From NCBI RefSeq assembly GCF_964355755.1, contig NC_092673.1, positions 24,673,648 to 24,737,647 of the forward strand: 64,000 bases of DNA. Direction: 5' to 3'. The notes beneath the pieces were generated by a model. That model did not search any database. It was not told the origin of the DNA and worked only from the letters and a program-made list of their open reading frames with translations. The position numbers were made by a program, and so were the translations under genes. Position 1 is the first letter of the stretch; the number at the start of each line of letters is the position of its first letter. Shown piece after piece: positions 14,637 to 27,877 of this stretch. The DNA is from Antedon mediterranea (Eukaryota; Animalia; Echinodermata).

Positions 14637-17199
14637 AGATTAGATTCCTGGAGTGAATGTACTTTAAACATGTACTTTTTTTGTGGATATGAAGATTTCA
14701 TGCTCTAATATTTTTTATGTGCATGTACTTTCCTTGCTTTTTTCATATTAAGTAATAAATTGGTTATTTGATGCTAAAACTGTTGATTTTAAAAGTAAAA
14801 GATGGTTTGTGTGTTTCAAATACTAAGACTAGAAAAATATCCTAGCCTGGCAAATATTTTGATTGATCGTCACAGTATTATAGATAATGATTCGGTTTAT
14901 GCAAAGTTTGACATTTTGTTTTCTGTCGTTCAGTTGGCTTTATTTAAGCCTTCGTCGTTGCCGCGTTTGAAATTTGACGTCGTTGCTCAGGTAGAGAAGG
15001 TATTAATAGCTTGTTTTGTGTGCAAAGGTGATCACAGTAAACAACCAAGTGCTTTGACACTCGTAAGATAATGCGTTTTAGTCTTTAGCGCTGACAGCAT
15101 ATCGGCGCCATGGGCATACATTGAGCGGGATGTCAATCACTTTATAACCCACTGTAATTTTTTGCGACTTTTTTAAAGGGTTTATGACAAAAATAATTTA
15201 ATTTATAGCTATAGGTGTTTGTCAGTATCAATGAATACATTTTGTGTATCTATATATCATTGCTTGTCAACAAGCTTGATAATAAATTGAAAAAACATTT
15301 AGCATCTCTATTAATGGAATATATTCTGGACCAAAGTGTCCCTTAATAGAGTCTTCTAAACAAAGGTTAACGATTGTGTAACATAATAAATATATTGCTC
15401 TTTGTTCATCCCATTAATTGGTGTGTCTCCTGAATAGGGGTGTCCCAAAGGAAGGGTTAACTGTGCAAAAATATATGGAATCTTGTCATATATCATATTT
15501 ACATAATACTCTGTATAAAATTAACATTTTTGCATTAACGAATGTTTGACCTTCATCCATTACGGGCGTGTACTTAAACAGAATCACAACTTGCCATGAT
15601 TTATGTAATCAAGCCATGTTTTGATCGTCCTCGTTACGACTGTCTATTAAAATTAATACAGTAATGGCATAAGATATTACCTATATATATTATATAGCAA
15701 TGTTTGAAAGACTGCATTAGAGTTATTTTTCTTATTAAATATCAGAATGTTCTCAAATAGCAAAGTAGGCATATATTCCGTAACCGATAAACGCCAACAA
15801 ACAGCATTTATTGATTACGAAAACATCATTTCTATATACATACAACAATTGCCTAGATTTAGCTGTTGGAAAAAGTTTAAAGGTACAGTTTCACAACAAC
15901 TGAATATATCAATGATAACGTATGGTGGTGCTTGGTTTTCTATGAATTCACCTAATGACTATCTTCCAAAATTGTTGTCGAGCATTTATTTCTTTCCAAG
16001 TTAGTTATATTAACATTGTAATAAGATTTTCAACACATTGCCAAAGTTACATAACTGTTTGTACGTTTCGTTTCTCTACTCCACTTTCTCGTTTTCATGC
16101 AGATTAAATCAATATTCGTCCCTGCGCATTCGATAGTGAAGGAATCATGACCTTGCATTTAAGTTCCATTGATCGACAGATTTATTATGGCATCAGCTCC
16201 GGCTTGGTTCTAACCGTAGCTTCGTTAAATATTTATATGTTCAATTATGCAATGCATTTGTGCGATGGTCGTTGAAAACCATGCAAGCCGATAGTAGATG
16301 TGAATCTAATGTACTTAAATGTAATGCGTGTTGATTGTGCTATTCTGTTCACTTTCATTAATAAGCATGAAGCCATGTAAAATGTATATACTGTATAACA
16401 AGGAATTATTATTATTATTTGTAAAAACAATATTTTAACCCATATGTCTACACTGATGTTGTGGTTATTATTCTTCATTAATGATAATTCATTAGTTTGT
16501 TTCATACTCAAAAGTATTAATTTATATTAAATACATTTTTATATGAAACAAATTATTTAGAAAGAATAGATAATTTGTTTATAATGAAAATGAATGTATC
16601 ATATTTATTATAAGCTTTTATGTATTTGTTTTATGACATATTCAATCAATTTCTATATATTATGTATAGATTATCCATCCCATATTTGGCGAGTTGCTCA
16701 CTGTTGGATGCGTATTAAATTAAAAAATTAAATAACTACAAAAGAGACTATAAACACAAACATTATTTAATAATCTGTATTGCTTATTAATATATACACA
16801 TAATATTTTCATTATCCTCTGGAATACAGATTTTAATAACGGAATTCCAAAATATGGCCTGAATACATGTTTTAAAGTTTATTTTATGTATGACATTCAA
16901 CGAAAATCCTGACTGACGTAATAATTTAGAATAAGATTTGTGATTGCTTTCAAAATGAGGAAGTAATAAAGTTTGCGTGAAACACAATCGTGATAGTTGT
17001 GTCAATTAAGGCGCTTCTCTACAATTTGAATGTCAGCCTATTTAAAATGTTATTCATTATTGCATTTTTTTCCTTATTTCTAGTTTTTAGAATAATAAAA
17101 CTTCAATTCATTTTCCATTTGTATTCACATCTTTTGACGTAATTTCTTTCTCTATCTATATTCTATTTATTAATTTATGATTTTTGTTATGTTTTGCAG

Positions 17200-20100
17200 A
17201 TTGCACACGACTGCGAAAGCAGCTAGTGACACAGAATATCCTGCCTATGGCGTAACTGGACCAACAACACAAAGATCTTCTATGACGGTAAATGCTTCTT
17301 TATTTTTATGCTTTCAAATTTTTTACCAAAGGTGCGCAATCAAAAAACAATGCCCCACGCATAGGCTATGAATAGTTACACATGGGAACAAAGCAGTAAT
17401 TAAGCACCACCACATAAAACTACATAGGCACATTTAATTGGGGCTGTAAAGTGGTAGCCGTCCTTTATTATTTGTTTAGCAGTAAAACTGATATGCCATC
17501 AGTTGTTTTTCATGATCTCGAAAGAAACTTAGTAAAATGTCACGGAAACGCATTAAAATGGTAACAGTCAATTTTGATATTGTAAGAAATGACAAAAAGA
17601 TAGGATTCAAGCTTTAATAGTACTGACATTTATTATATGTAAATATTTAGATTTTACATGAAATCAAATTCTTTTATTGTCTGATTGTCTGTTTTAATTC
17701 TAAAACATTACAATTCAGAAATGACTTAGTCTGTTGAATAAAACATTGTTTTATCATCTTGCTTTAGACATATCAAAATTATATTTATTTACCATGACCA
17801 GGAAATTTGACAAATTTTCGCTCAAAACAAATATACACACAATATGCTCAACGTAAATGAGGTTAATGCAGAATATTTTTATTATAAATTAATATAATAC
17901 TTATTATAATAATAATGATATGCCATGCACACATAACAAGAGATCTATTAACTAACGTGGTTATCTGTTTGGTGCGTGCGTCAATGATTATAGCAAAAAA
18001 ATGTAGTTAATCTGACCGTAATTCTGGCCAATCGGATTGAGTAATACAAATACTAAATGCATTTCACATATCATCATCTATATGTGTAATTGTTTTCTCA
18101 ATTGGTTTAATTAACAGAATTCTCAAAAGGGTATAATTAAACTTCTTTAGTTTTTAATGTAAGATTCTTTTTAAAGCAGAATGGGTTATTTGATTCGCAA
18201 GGATAAGAATAAAAATAGATCATGCGATTGACCTTGCCTATTTAAATCTGACCTAGAACATCTTTGAGAAACTACTACAAATAATAATATTGTGATATTT
18301 TATATAGTTTGTGCTGTTGCTTGCATACATACAATGTTTTACACAAACACCTACAATTTAACAGTCATGCCTTTTTTACCCCCTATTTCAAAATCCCGGA
18401 TCCGTTCCTGAGGGGGAATTTAAAATAAAATGTGACAACCTATAACTGTAAATGTACTGCAGTTCTAAAGTTATCAATCAAAAGGCCCTTTGATGTTTGT
18501 TTATGTGCAATCTTTAGATGTGCCCATATATGGACATGATGATGTCATATTACTACCATATTTGGGCATATCACTACCATATTTGGGCACATTACACTTT
18601 TTTGTCAAACTAGTTTGGGTATATCACCCAAATATGGTAGTGATATGCCCAAATATGGTAGTGATATGACATAATGTCCATATATGGGCACATCACATTT
18701 TTTTGTCACATAAAGTTTGATAGTGAAAACAGAGCTTTACACTTTTTTTTCTAAATAATTTGTTAGTGTAGACAGAGCAATTAAGATAAGCGAAATAATA
18801 TAGATGAAATATGATTTTGCTATGAAAAGATAAGAAACTTATAATTCTACATTAATGTTCTGTTATCAAACAATCTTTTGAGGCAATTTACATTATTGCT
18901 ATAAGCTATATTTATAATATAGCCATAATTAATCAATTGTGCTTTATTAGTGCTATACTCCAACGATCATTCTCCATACTTTGCACTGCAAAGCGCAAAA
19001 CTAGTTTAATAAAAATAATGTGATGTGCCCAAATATAATAGTGATATGCCCAAATATGGTAGTGCTATGCCCAAATATGGTAGTGATATGACATCATCAT
19101 GTCTATATATGGGCACATCACACATAAAGTTTGATATTGTAGACAAGGCTTAAGTGATGTCCTTCCTATGCCATAGTGTGACATATCTGAATAATATGAA
19201 GAAGAAAAACAAAAACAAATTTGGTTTTGATAAATAGTTTGTGAGTGCAAAAGTATTTTAGTCATGAAAGAATCACAATATTAAAAGCAGAATCACTTAA
19301 CGCTGACATAACAAAATACACTTCAAACTCGTGTTCAAATACATCACATTTTCATGGACGGATGTGTTTAAAGTAATTTGTTTCTAAAACACAACTCATC
19401 GCACATCCGATCGTAAAAAGGGTCTTTTAATTTCTGAAACTTAGTGTTGGTTTTTAGTTTTTAAAACAACGGCTTGCTGTGTAGATTTACGATCGTACGT
19501 AGATTAAATCTGACAGATTCAGGTTACATTTCAATAGCGGTCTTACCAGATTTACACGTCACTACTAATGAGCTGGTTTGAGAAATAATCGTTTATTTTC
19601 ATTTCAAATCCAATTAAATACAAACAATTGATAAATTCTTTATGATACAATCCTAAGTGTATTTTTACTCGTGTACACTTATAACCAAGTCTTCTTTTGG
19701 ACACCCATTTTCAGGGGATACTTTCCCACGAAACAAAAAAGGGACAACATATGTTTATATAGTACCATTTAAGTATATAAACAAATCAGGCAAAGAACAT
19801 TAATTCTAAACCGCCCGGTGATATACGGAAATTTAATTAATTAATTTAAAACGATAAAGATGAGGAATGAGAAAAAGTCGCTCCAAACAAGACTCGAACT
19901 CGGACCGCCTGCTTGATATGCAGATGTCCTAACCATTAGACCACTGGGGCTTTCATGGTATTGTTCAAACTCGATTGGAGTTTTAAGTATATATATGTAT
20001 GCCAAACCCTTATTATGAGGACACTTTGTTGGGTCCAAAAGTGTCTCCCTAATAGAGGTTCAACTGTATGACAATTAAGACTTGCTTTAGAAAGTATAGT

Positions 20101-22020
20101 TCTAATTGTTTAAACTGATATTTAATTTTAATGATTTTACTAAAACAAAAATAAGAGAAAAACTCAAATTATAAATCAGAAAAAAATGTTGAATAAACCA
20201 GCCTTAAGCTCACTACAGAGCAGTTGTTTTATAGCCTTTGTATTAATCAGAATGCGGTGTTTTCAATAATCGCATAGTTCATTGACGTCTATTACGATCA
20301 CTTGCCTCCCAAGGCTCATTTAGTGTTCTAAATGATTGTTCCTAATTGCTAACGCAAACCTCTTATTGTACGAGTAATCATAGTATTGTATCTTGCATTA
20401 CAACACGTTTACTTTTACAGTGTTTTTTTGTTATATTTCTGACGGAATGTTTGTAAAGTAAAATTTAGATTTCTTTATTTGTTGTTTAGTGACAGAATGA
20501 TACATTAATGTTTTAATCGGATATATTTACACATTTGTTTAAATTTCTTTTTGTCTGTTATTTTTTTGATAGAATGGAGACAGGAAGTTAGCACAGAGTG
20601 CTCAGATGTATCATTACCAACATCAAAAGCAACAGATGATAGCTCTTGAAAAGTAAGTACGGTATTCATTAACAAATAGAAGCCGTATGACTTTCAACAA
20701 GCCGAACATCACCATGCTATTTTACAAGTACAAAAAGAAAAGTCAACTACATTAGTTATAACTTAGGATATGTTCGCACTCACCGTATATATGTATGCGG
20801 CACACATTTTTTTTGTCTGAACTAGGTTGCAATAGATAGCTATTACGCCTTGCATTCAGAGTTCAGAATATAAGCAGTAGAGGATATCATACATTTTAAG
20901 TCTGTTGTTTCAACTATTAAGAAAATGTATTCATTTGGATTGAAAATGCTGTGGTGGGTTTTCATCTCTATGATGTGAAAAAAATCCACACATTTGCCTA
21001 GTGAAAAACAGGCTTTATATTAGTAATTCAAATCTTTTCATATCACCTCCGAAGTTCCGGGCATCAACACCTACAACATGCGCTGTTTGTGAATTCTAGA
21101 GATGTGAAGGGGCACTACATTATGAACTCTAAATGTAAATATAATCCAATGATTACCATTAGTTATTGACATTTATATTTTGTACAATTTTTTGTCTTTA
21201 CAGTCGAGAGCGTGGCGAAACACAGAATGATGCTTCCGATTATGACTCGGATGACAATGAGGAACCCACCGTCTACGAGTGCCCTGGCCTCGCCCCAGTA
21301 AGTATAGAGAGAAAAAACATCTGTAGTGTTGCTTATAATTCTCTGCATTCAATTGTGCTTTTTTTTTCTTGCATGTGTCTTATATAAAAAGGTTAAGATG
21401 CTCACAGTGTCAGCAGCCCTAATTCTATCAATTGTGAGGGCGGTAGACTAAAGAGACAGTAATTATTTATACAAAATATTACCCTGCGCATGCATATAAT
21501 CCTAGTATATGATGTAATGTTTATCCTTTGTCTACAGTCCTGAAACGAAAACTTGCTAATGAACAGAATGGTGTATACTGAGCTATACACAGATTAATAT
21601 TTTTTATATAAATTATACCATCATCTGCCTACAGCTTGCTACAGTACCTTTAAAGTACACAAGTATAAAAAAGTCAATATTTGGATTGTAAATGGCAATG
21701 TATTTCATTCAGCACGGCAGATTACAATTCAGTGTGTAATTTCCTTGCAGCTGTGTTTTATAGAACAGTACACCTTACTTCATTTTCCTCTTTAACAATA
21801 ACAAACTCATTCCCAAATGACTTCAATTTCTAACCTCGTTTAAATTATCAAGCCTTTGGTTTATTTCTTTGAAACTAATTTACCTATTTACTTTGTTGTG
21901 ATTTATTAAAATGAAAATTGCTTTATTTTTTTTCAGACTGGACAAATGGAAGTTAAAAACCCACTGTTCCAGGGAATGGAGGAGAGATTACAGGCAGAGC
22001 AAAAAAAAGATGACAACTAA
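17200..22020 (+). CDS. NPDC1: NPDC1 / CAB-1 family protein (neural proliferation differentiation and control protein 1), 3' coding exons only
   Basis: Exons 17200-17287, 20573-20652, 21204-21297 and 21937-22020 (stop TAA) are all AG/GT bounded and phase-consistent. They encode ..LHTTAKAASDTEYPAYGVTGPTTQRSSMT / NGDRKLAQSAQMYHYQHQKQQMIALEN / RERGETQNDASDYDSDDNEEPTVYECPGLAP / TGQMEVKNPLFQGMEERLQAEQKKDDN*. GDRKLAQSAQMYHYQHQKQQM and TVYECPGLAPTGxMEVxNPLF are hallmark NPDC1 cytoplasmic motifs. The upstream transmembrane and signal-peptide exons were not found in 1-17199. AATAAA near 22316. Confidence 0.93.
18517..18738. mobile_element. MITE family A, two partial copies fused in inverted orientation
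   Basis: Internal repeats ATCACTACCATATTTGGGC followed by their reverse complement GCCCAAATATGGTAGTGAT, ending in the family end AGTTTGATAGTG..ACAGAGCT. Confidence 0.8.
18998..19150. mobile_element. MITE family A copy (left end eroded)
   Basis: Three GCCCAAATATGGTAGTGATAT-type subrepeats and right end AGTTTGATATTGTAGACAAGGCT. Confidence 0.8.
19879..19950 (-). pseudogene. tRNA-like element (tRNA pseudogene or SINE head), anticodon position ATC
   Basis: GCCCCAGTGGTCTAATGGTTAGGACATCTGCATATCAAGCAGGCGGTCCGAGTTCGAGTCTTGTTTGGAGCG (72 nt) folds as an imperfect cloverleaf with A and B boxes and is followed by ACTTTTT. It has mismatches in the acceptor and T stems. Confidence 0.7.
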
Positions 22021-24996
22021 AGAAAAACCAAGATTATATTTTATTCTGATTTCATAGATTTTATTTCGCAAACCTTTTATTAGAATGGTACATCACTGCA
22101 TTGATCACATGACCAAAGTTACTCATCTGCAGTCAAGATACAGTGTGCAGTATTTAACTTTAAAATGGTCATTTTAATCTCCAATGAAGATTAAAAATAT
22201 TTTTCAAAAACATTTTCCAAATGTTATTATGTTTTACCATCCTATTCCTTAGATATTTATTTTTATATAATTTATTATTAGCTTTTGACATTTTTGCTGT
22301 AAATGCAAAAACAAAAATAAACATACCTGTTTTATTTTATTTGATACAGGTGTTTTTCATCTGATTTCAGTATATTATCTTTTTCACCTTCCTCTATTAA
22401 TATGAAAGGATAAAATATTGTAAAATTTTTAGAACACTTATAAAGCTGTTAAAATCTTGATTAAAAATGTTCATCTGGTTTGAGGAATCCATGAGTTAGT
22501 AGTTCTTTTTGAACTAGTAACTCTGTTTAAATCTCGGCGACATTTCTCACTTGTACGCCAATGTATTGTAGAAAAACTGTTTTTATCGAAAACATGTAAA
22601 AAACAATGGGAGAGAGGAGTTTCGGTCGAACCATACTCTCTTTGTGACCTAGGCCTGCTGCTGTGTGTCTATTTTCACAAGCATCTTGTCTGAGTGCACC
22701 TGCTCCCCCACTTAAACATTCCTTTTTACGGGTCTTTGATTCATTTACTATAATATTTATAACAAGCATGTCTCAGAACAGGCCTCAAAAAATGTATATA
22801 TATTTCATGTGAGATTCTCCCTTATTTCTATCTTCATACTGTATCTATTATAAGAATAATATTGACATAATTTCTATATATATGTACTTCAATTCTCTCT
22901 TTAAATCATTGCGAACTTAAAAATACCAGAAATTGTCCCAATAATAATCTACTTAATTCATATTACCTAATATTTATTATTCAAAATAAAAATTATATTT
23001 TAAATCCATTAAAAAACGAATGATAATTTATTCAAATTGAAATGTTGATTTTGATATATATTTAAAATTAAAATATCATTACATTATGTAAGAATTATCT
23101 TTCTCTAAAATCTGAAATATATATTTACTTATATTCTCAAATCTTATTAATTAAATATGATTTTTTCAGTCCCCGTTGACTGTATGCCTATTTATAGATT
23201 TCACATATTTATTTTAAAATAGTTTTATTCAATTTAACAGCCTTATCTATATTTATTTTAATATTTTATTCCTGGAAAGTATTTCTGGTTTTACCATTTT
23301 CATCTATAATTAATTTTAAATTGCTTTTCGGATTACTAAAATAAAAACTATAGATCATGTTACCAAACAGATTAGAAATTGGAACAAATTTAGGTTCCAC
23401 ATGATTATGAGAGGTAAAAACAAAACAAAAATATACTCTAATTAAGATTGGAATCAATACTGTACCTTAAAATGTACCTAAATATCTAAAGATCACTTTT
23501 GTATAATATAGAACTTTCCTTACTGTAAAAATACCCCAAGTTTTTCAGTGGCATGTAAGTGAAATATATGTAGGTAAACATATGCTCTATCCCATGTAAC
23601 TTTCGGTATAGCAAAGATAGTCTATAATATAGTTGAATACTGCAGTAACTGCAGTAGGATAATTATGACATGACCCGTAATCTAACACAAGATTTAAAGT
23701 TATCTTTGGAAGAGAAAGTGTTTACGAAAAGTCGTTTATAACAAGTTGTACTAAAAGACCCTGTATGATGTTATCCCTCATAAATTGATAGTATATTTAG
23801 GTAGGAGCATGAAGAGAATAATTAAACAGTGAGAATTGTGATCTGTTACGTTTAGCTGCCGTTTGATTTGAATCAAAATAATTCTGAATCAATTAATGTA
23901 TTTTTAACACATATATATACACTCAGGATAAAAATCCTCTAAAAAAAACATTTATTTTAACAAAATATTGCGGCAGTTATAACAAGATTTCAGAACACAT
24001 AAAATTCAGAGAAAACTGTTTCAGTTGTGTGTATTTTAAAGGGTAGATTTAAACTACATTGATTTTTTTCCATGATTGAGTGAGTGAAAGTGTTGGGGTG
24101 GGAATGGGGGTAGGAGGGGGAGGGGGGTATGGGGAAGGATGGTATTGTGTGTAGTGTGTAGTCTTAATTTAAAAACTGTGTCTTGATTTGTGTCAGATTC
24201 CATGTATGTGTATATATAATAAATTAAGAAATAATATTTTTAAAGACAAGTAAAACATAATTATTGTAACTGTAATGTCTCTATGATTATGTGTACAAAA
24301 GATAAGAAAATGTTTAATTTAATTTATGTTCAGTTATTCTTAAAAAGTTGTATAAAGTAATGTTATAAATGCTAAATGCATCAATGCTAATTATTTAAAT
24401 ATATTCAAATTTTATGTAAATTCATTCCAAACATTTCACTCAACTCATACTTTATTGCCATATTTGGACATTTCTTCATACATATTCAATACAGTATTAT
24501 AAAGTAGACACCCACTCTATTAAGGGGACACATTTGAGACCAAACAATAGGAGTGTTCCCTAAATAGGGATTGGCCCAGTATTATATATAGTGCATCATT
24601 CATTATATAAGATATAAGTACCTCCTTAATAAAGGGCCACTGAATATGCTAACATGCAGCTTGTTTATGGTCTATAGAGTGCTTGCTGTTCATTGCCTTC
24701 ACTCAATGGTTACCAAAACAAAAGTACAATTTTAGAAAAACATGTTTTCCGCCTCCCACCTTGTATTGAACAGCCATGGATATTCTCCAGCACAGTTACT
24801 GCATTACAGGTATTTTGACATTTCAATTGCCTTAGTACCAAACTTAAACCGACTTAATATTCTACTATTGTACGCTAATTCTGATGTACATTCATTGTAC
24901 AATTAAAATAATAGTTATATCTTTATTATTATTATTATTGTATTATTCTGATTAATGTTAATATTTATTATTTAATTGTATTATCATGTATTACTG

Positions 24997-25143
24997 CAGT
25001 AGAACTCCTATTAAGGTGGCACCATATGGACCAACAAAGTGTCCACAGAATAGGGAGTCGGCCTTACAATGGCCCTGACTGTTTTATTTACAAGAATGTG
25101 TCCCTTTAATAGTTGTGTCCAAACACATGGGTTTTACACTGTA
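24997..25143. mobile_element. Short dispersed inverted-repeat family B (CAGTAGAAC..CTATTAAG..GGACAC / GTGTCC..TAATAG..CTGTA), representative copy
   Basis: The same motifs recur near 5100-5180, 6700-6842, 15305-15465, 20010-20068, 24500-24640, 46695-46830 and 48790-48953. Confidence 0.65.
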
Positions 25144-25954
25144 TTACTTGATATGATTTATTGTATTGTTTTATGTTCATTTATTTCTTCATATTATAGT
25201 TTTTCTTTACATTACAAATATTTTATTGCTAAATGTGTTGTTTTGTGATCGTCTTTTATTAATATAATTATTATGTTTCAATATTTATTGATGTAGCGAA
25301 TTGTTGTTATTAATATTCAATGTTTATACACTATATTTTTTTATTTATTTTATTATTAATAATTATTCTATATTATTTTCTTTAATGATTATTGTTTATT
25401 TGTGAAGAGATGTAAGTGCATATTGTTGAAGTACAGTAAATATGACAAATTCATGATTTTAAAATAAGATATTTTTGTGTAGATATGTCTTGTACTAGTA
25501 ATAAGACGTTACCTCCTATCATATGCTGTCAAACTACCATAAGTCATTCCTTACATAAAATTGTGTAATAATATTTTCGTAAGATTTTGATGGTGCAATG
25601 CTGTTTGTTATTTATTTTGGAAGGAGCGAAATCACGATGGTTTCAGTAAATTGAAGAAGAACGTATACTAGATATACCTATCCATCTGCTTATAATACAG
25701 TGTATACAGAAGTGTATGACTAGTGTAGATCGATGACGGACCATATTTCAGTGTTATGTGTTTGTGGTATAAATCAGTACGTACTTAAGTATTATTTTCT
25801 GATCAGCTGTAAACAATTTTAGCTGCTACTATAATGTATACTTGAAGTAGTGCCATGTTTGCGATTATTTTACGCATAATGTTCTTCTAGGTGGCAAGAC
25901 GTTAGTAAATTCACAAATAGTCACGATTTGACCCACGTGTTGGCGTACTTATTG

Positions 25955-26130
25955 TACGCGTGCGTTCAAATTTTGCTGAAATTTGTTAATCGCGCGTTCA
26001 AATTTTGCTGAAATTTGTTACGCGTGCGTTCAAATTTTGCTGAAATTTGTTACGCGTGCGTTCAAATTTTGCTGAAATTTGTTACGCGTGCGTTCAAATT
26101 TTGCTGAAATGTTTACGCGCGCGTTCAAAT
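25955..26130. repeat. 32-bp tandem repeat (TACGCGTGCGTTCAAATTTTGCTGAAATTTGT), about 5.5 copies
   Basis: Near-identical units are directly visible. Confidence 0.95.
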
Positions 26131-27116
26131 GATGTGAAATGTTGTATGTGCGTGATCACATGGAGCGTCATTGTGTATCTCTTCGTGATGATTGGCTATT
26201 CATTGAGTTGTCGCAAACATGTTGTATGTTGGTGAGGTATTATATGTGTATACCATCATCAACGACTTCCGACAACTGAAAATAAATTATGTCTGTGTAA
26301 AAATACTTTTGTTTCTTTTTATTGTAAGTGATGTCATATCGGGGATAATAGTTTTTCTGTATTAAGAATGGAATATTGACTCAAGGACACTGAGCTTGCC
26401 TTGCCAAGATAGAAACTCGTAACATAACAGTCCTTTGGTCTGGCTACGACAAATGTACAGTGCTGTACTATTTTCCGCTCCGCGTGGAGTGAAACTGATC
26501 GCGTCGCAGTCACAGATAAACCCTTTGATCTCCGGAGATCAGCATCCTGTTGTTTGCCGAAGTCGGTTTGTATTCTCCGGTTACATAATTATGATGCATA
26601 AAAGTTGTGTTATTTTCCTCTTTTATCATAATTAAATGTATTAATTACTTGTTTTATACGTACGGTAAGCATACTGGTCTATCTATATTAATATATATAT
26701 TCGCCATGCTGTTGTGTTAATTGTCTATTTGAAATAAGTCAGTGAGCTAAACTATTACGCAATCATATCACACCCATCACCAGCGCTCTGAATTAATCCA
26801 CGTCGCGTTTTCAAACACTACGGTGCCGATTGTGTATGGTTAACGTCCTCTGTGTTTAATTACCCAACGTCACTCATCAGTCACCTTTAAGCTATCGTAA
26901 AAAAAGGAACTTTTTAATCCTATCAAGTAGTAGTGCTTATGTCATCAATGAAATCACGGTGACTTTAATTGTAATATTCTAATTTAAATTATCGCTAAGT
27001 TTGATTCACAATCGAGGACGCTCTCTCTGTTCACAACAAATTTGTCGACAGAGTTTATGAAGACAAAAGATCTCAAACATTTGCATTTTTCGGAATGATC
27101 TTATTGATATTATGAG

Positions 27117-27570
27117 GTAAGACTTGTTTGATTATATTTTTGCATTGTACTGTATTATAAAAGAATTTAGTCGTATAATATACTGTGTCGCGTCTGTATG
27201 TTCTTTTTTGTTTTTAAACAACGCAAACACTATTATAAACAGTTTTATAAATCTACTTTTGCCAAACGCTATAGAACATTTCTAAAATGTTTTGGTTAGA
27301 GGACCCATTGGAACATGATTCGTCATATTTGAGCTTCAGAAGAGGAATTACCCAAGGAAGTCCATTAACAAATGTAACATAATATGAATTGATGATCCAC
27401 AAATCTGATGACATCACCGAAGATTCAGCGATCCAGTCCTCCTCTTAACCCATTCCCCTACTTACCCCCACACATTACAACACATACTTCAAATAGGAAA
27501 CATCCGCTTCAGTCAGTATTATATTACCTCAAACGTTTGTTTTAGATTTGTTGTTTCTAATTGTTTGCAG
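27117..27570 (+). other. Probable 5'-UTR intron of the GPCR gene
   Basis: Strong donor GAG|GTAAGA at 27117 and acceptor with a branch-like TTCTAAT followed by TGTTTGCAG| at 27570, about 300 nt upstream of the ATG. Confidence 0.5.
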
Positions 27571-27877
27571 GACGCGTTGTTTTCTCAGAAACTAACTTAT
27601 CTATACAGAGGAAAAGGAAACATGATTGTGAATTGATTAAAATCGCAATCTGTTTGTATATTTTATATAATTATTATAAAGTCGATGTTTGAAGATAACA
27701 TTATGATGTGGAACTCATCTTTGAAACGGTATAGAGCCTGAGTAGATGCCCTAGAGATAGAATAATTACTCGAAAGGTTCTTTCAATCAAGTCTTCAATT
27801 ATATTCACGAGGCCTTGATCTGTGTGTATAGTTAGTCTTTTTAAAAATATCTGTTTATTTGCAAATGTTTTGAGGAG

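Noticed and set aside
14802-15071. 89-aa ORF and possible exon near 14934-14990 as an NPDC1 upstream exon
   Set aside because: Only open as a phase 0-0 exon, incompatible with the phase-2 junction at 17200, and it has no NPDC1 similarity.
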